Positions 38,546 to 40,681 of a stretch of DNA of 40,681 bases are shown here, one piece after another (position 1 is the first letter of the stretch; each line of letters starts with the position of its first letter). The notes below the pieces were generated by a model. The model searched no databases. It saw only the letters and a list, made by a program, of their open reading frames with translations, and was not told the DNA's origin. The position numbers and the translations under genes were made by a program. The DNA comes from an uncultured Planctomycetia bacterium. Its GTDB lineage: Bacteria; Omnitrophota; Gorgyraeia; Pluralincolimonadales; CAZUZR01. Where the stretch lies: contig CAZUZR010000006.1 in assembly GCA_964625025.1 (NCBI GenBank), positions 1-40,681 of the forward strand, given 5' to 3'.

Positions 38546-39838
38546 TCACCTCTCAACCCGTATTGCTATTGTCTTTCGCCTAATCACAGAGAGCCTGTCT
38601 ATCTCTTCCAGTGCCTGGCGCATATTTTTCTCTTTGGCTTCGTGGGTCATCATAACGACGGGAACAATCCTTGCCTTTCTTCTTTCTTTCTGTGCGACGC
38701 TCGCGATAGAAATTTTATGGCGCCCTAAAATGCCGGAGACTTTGGCGAGGACGCCGGGCTTATCGATGCAGGAAATCCGAATATAATATCTAGCCTCAAT
38801 ATCCTCTATTCGCTTTATCTTCTTAATTGACTTATTTTTTATATAAATAGGAACTCTGCCAATAGAATTGGTTCTTAAATTGCGCGCTAAATCCACGATA
38901 TCACTTATGACAGAACTTGCTGCTGGATTTTGCCCTGCCCCCCTACCATAAAACAGAGTGCCCCCAACCATATCGCCATGAATATAAATCGCATTGTAGA
39001 CTCCACCCACACTCGACAATAGATGTTCCTTAGAAAGCAAGGTCGGATGCACTCTTACCTCGAGTTCGCCATCGACGTTTTTGGCAATCGCAAGCAATTT
39101 AATAGCGTATCCGAACTCCTCAGCATATCTTACATCATTCTGCGAAATATCCAAAATGCCTTCGACATAAATGTCTTCTAATTTGACGGCCTTGCCGAAA
39201 CCAAGCAAAGTTAGAATTGCCAATTTATGTGCGGAATCAATTCCTTCAATATCTAAGGATGGATTTCTTTCAGCATAACCCTTTCGTTTTGCCTCGGAAA
39301 GGGCGTCAGAAAAGCTTAAGCCTTCATTCGCCATAGAAGATAATATATAATTCGAAGTGCCGTTTACAATCCCAAGCAAAGTATCTATCTCATTTGATAC
39401 CAATCCCTCACGTAAGGCCTTGATTATGGGGATTCCACCTCCTACCGAGGCCTCAAAGAATATATCCACCCCTGCTTTTTGTGCGGCTTCAAAAATCTCC
39501 TCTCCCTCCCGTGCCAATAGCGCTTTATTTGCGGTAACCACGTGCTGGCCGCTTTTAATCGCTTTTAATATAAATTCCTTTGCAGGATGAATGCCTCCTA
39601 TCAATTCAACGACGATGTCAATTTCAGGTTTTCCTAAAATTTTATTTGCATCGCGAGTCAATAATTTTTTATCTACTTTAATATGTCTTTTTCTCCTGAA
39701 TTCCTTATCGCAAATCGCCTTTATGACCAAGCGCGCACCTACTTTTCTCTCTAATTGGGCAGACTTCTCCTTAAGCGCTCTGACTACGCCGACCCCAACG
39801 GTCCCAAACCCTATTATTCCAATATTTATCTTTTCCAT
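38546..39838 (-). CDS. hom: homoserine dehydrogenase
   Basis: 430 aa with NAD-binding GIIGFGTVGVGV, a catalytic domain and a C-terminal ACT domain. Confidence 0.94.
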   Translation of the reverse strand: MEKINIGIIGFGTVGVGVVRALKEKSAQLERKVGARLVIKAICDKEFRRKRHIKVDKKLLTRDANKILGKPEIDIVVELIGGIHPAKEFILKAIKSGQHVVTANKALLAREGEEIFEAAQKAGVDIFFEASVGGGIPIIKALREGLVSNEIDTLLGIVNGTSNYILSSMANEGLSFSDALSEAKRKGYAERNPSLDIEGIDSAHKLAILTLLGFGKAVKLEDIYVEGILDISQNDVRYAEEFGYAIKLLAIAKNVDGELEVRVHPTLLSKEHLLSSVGGVYNAIYIHGDMVGGTLFYGRGAGQNPAASSVISDIVDLARNLRTNSIGRVPIYIKNKSIKKIKRIEDIEARYYIRISCIDKPGVLAKVSGILGRHKISIASVAQKERRKARIVPVVMMTHEAKEKNMRQALEEIDRLSVIRRKTIAIRVER

Positions 39839-39850
39839 ATTTTTACCTCT

Positions 39851-40072
39851 TTAAAGTTTCATTTTCCTATCTATTATCTTCCGAAATGTTTTAGGTTTAT
39901 GATTAATAAAAGCATTGCATTCCGTCAAAAATTCTAAAAGAAAATCCATATCTACGCGGCCATTCACCATAAATGGATTAATTCTGTTTTTTGATAATTT
40001 TCTAAAATCACTTCGCAGTTTAGATGACTTAGCAACCTTAAGTAATTCTCTTTTTTCTTCTTTACTTAACAT
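39851..40072 (-). CDS. hypothetical small protein (73 aa), translationally coupled to the upstream nucleotidyltransferase
   Basis: The ATG overlaps the upstream stop by 11 nt. I recognise no family. It ends 12 nt before hom. Confidence 0.45.
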   Translation of the reverse strand: MLSKEEKRELLKVAKSSKLRSDFRKLSKNRINPFMVNGRVDMDFLLEFLTECNAFINHKPKTFRKIIDRKMKL

Positions 40073-40613
40073 TATAATATCTCCGCTTTAATTTGATAAA
40101 TTCATCTTTTTTCTCAAAAATAGAAAAATATTCTTCTATCAAATCCCAATCCAAATTATTTCTATAATAGCCTAAGAGGGACTCGATATCGGCGTATTCA
40201 CGAGTTGCTCTATCCGCGTTATTTATAATAGCCTGAACTTTAAGTCCTATAATATCTTCTGGCCTTAAGATTTTAATCTTTAACTCTCCTCCAAATATGT
40301 CTTTTTCAATAGCCCTTTCTAACATCCCAACGGATATTTTTCTAAAGGCGTGAAGGAAATCAACCTCGCCAAAAATTTTAATATGCGATATATATTGTGA
40401 GACATTCTCGCTTTTAAAAACGCATTCATAATTATTTTTTTTCATAATTTTGTCCACCCTTGACAAATCGTCGCGATGAATAAGAAAATCTATGTCTACC
40501 GTCGAACGGGGCACGCCAAGGGCACCGAGAGCAAAACCACCTATTAATGCATATCGCACATTCTCCTTCTCAAAATCATCGAGTAATATTCGTGTGACCG
40601 CTTTAAAATCCAT
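40062..40613 (-). CDS. minimal nucleotidyltransferase-fold protein (Pol-beta superfamily; AbiEii/DUF2204-like)
   Basis: 183 aa with the NTase signature GGFALGALGVPRSTVDIDFL (GG..., DxD). Confidence 0.65.
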   Translation of the reverse strand: MDFKAVTRILLDDFEKENVRYALIGGFALGALGVPRSTVDIDFLIHRDDLSRVDKIMKKNNYECVFKSENVSQYISHIKIFGEVDFLHAFRKISVGMLERAIEKDIFGGELKIKILRPEDIIGLKVQAIINNADRATREYADIESLLGYYRNNLDWDLIEEYFSIFEKKDEFIKLKRRYYNVK

Positions 40614-40681
40614 AACAATTTCTTAGCTGGTCGCAGCTATTAAACACTGTGCGAACCTATTTTGAGACAACGATAACTAAA

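Overview
The window is a 40.7-kb, AT-rich bacterial chromosomal segment. Every supportable gene, about 35 CDS plus one tRNA, lies on the minus strand, tightly packed and often overlapping. Most of the content is housekeeping. In transcription order (high to low coordinates) it reads: a small nucleotidyltransferase module, an aspartate-family operon (hom, thrC, a phosphoglycerate-mutase-like putative homoserine kinase, lysC, cimA), valS, nadC, uvrB, birA, coaX, a CIRCE-controlled groES-groEL-groES operon, an IMPDH-family gene, a deleted guaA remnant, dnaE, hup, hisS, aspS, a LysM lipoprotein, phoH-pgpH-ybeY-DUF502-recO-glyQS, ppdK, a short sigma-70 factor, apt and tRNA-Arg(CCT). I did not recognise a classical defence island, prophage, transposase or CRISPR array. 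Six things stand out. (1) A family of palindromes built from tandem heptanucleotides (GTCCATA/TATGGAC and TTTTGAT/ATCAAAA units, typically 4x7 nt - spacer - 4x7 nt inverted) sits in frame inside essential genes (valS twice, nadC, thrC) and in intergenic DNA; the stop-free strand is always the sense strand. (2) A 458-aa intein with a LAGLIDADG endonuclease domain splits the FNK|SHS motif of DnaE. (3) A second groES lies downstream of groEL. (4) guaA has lost about 300 internal codons. (5) A CCCCGTTAG/CTAACGGGG motif forms intercistronic hairpins and recurs between the SD and AUG of aspS, thrC and the thrB-like gene. (6) nadC has no canonical start codon. Taxon cannot be assigned from the sequence alone.
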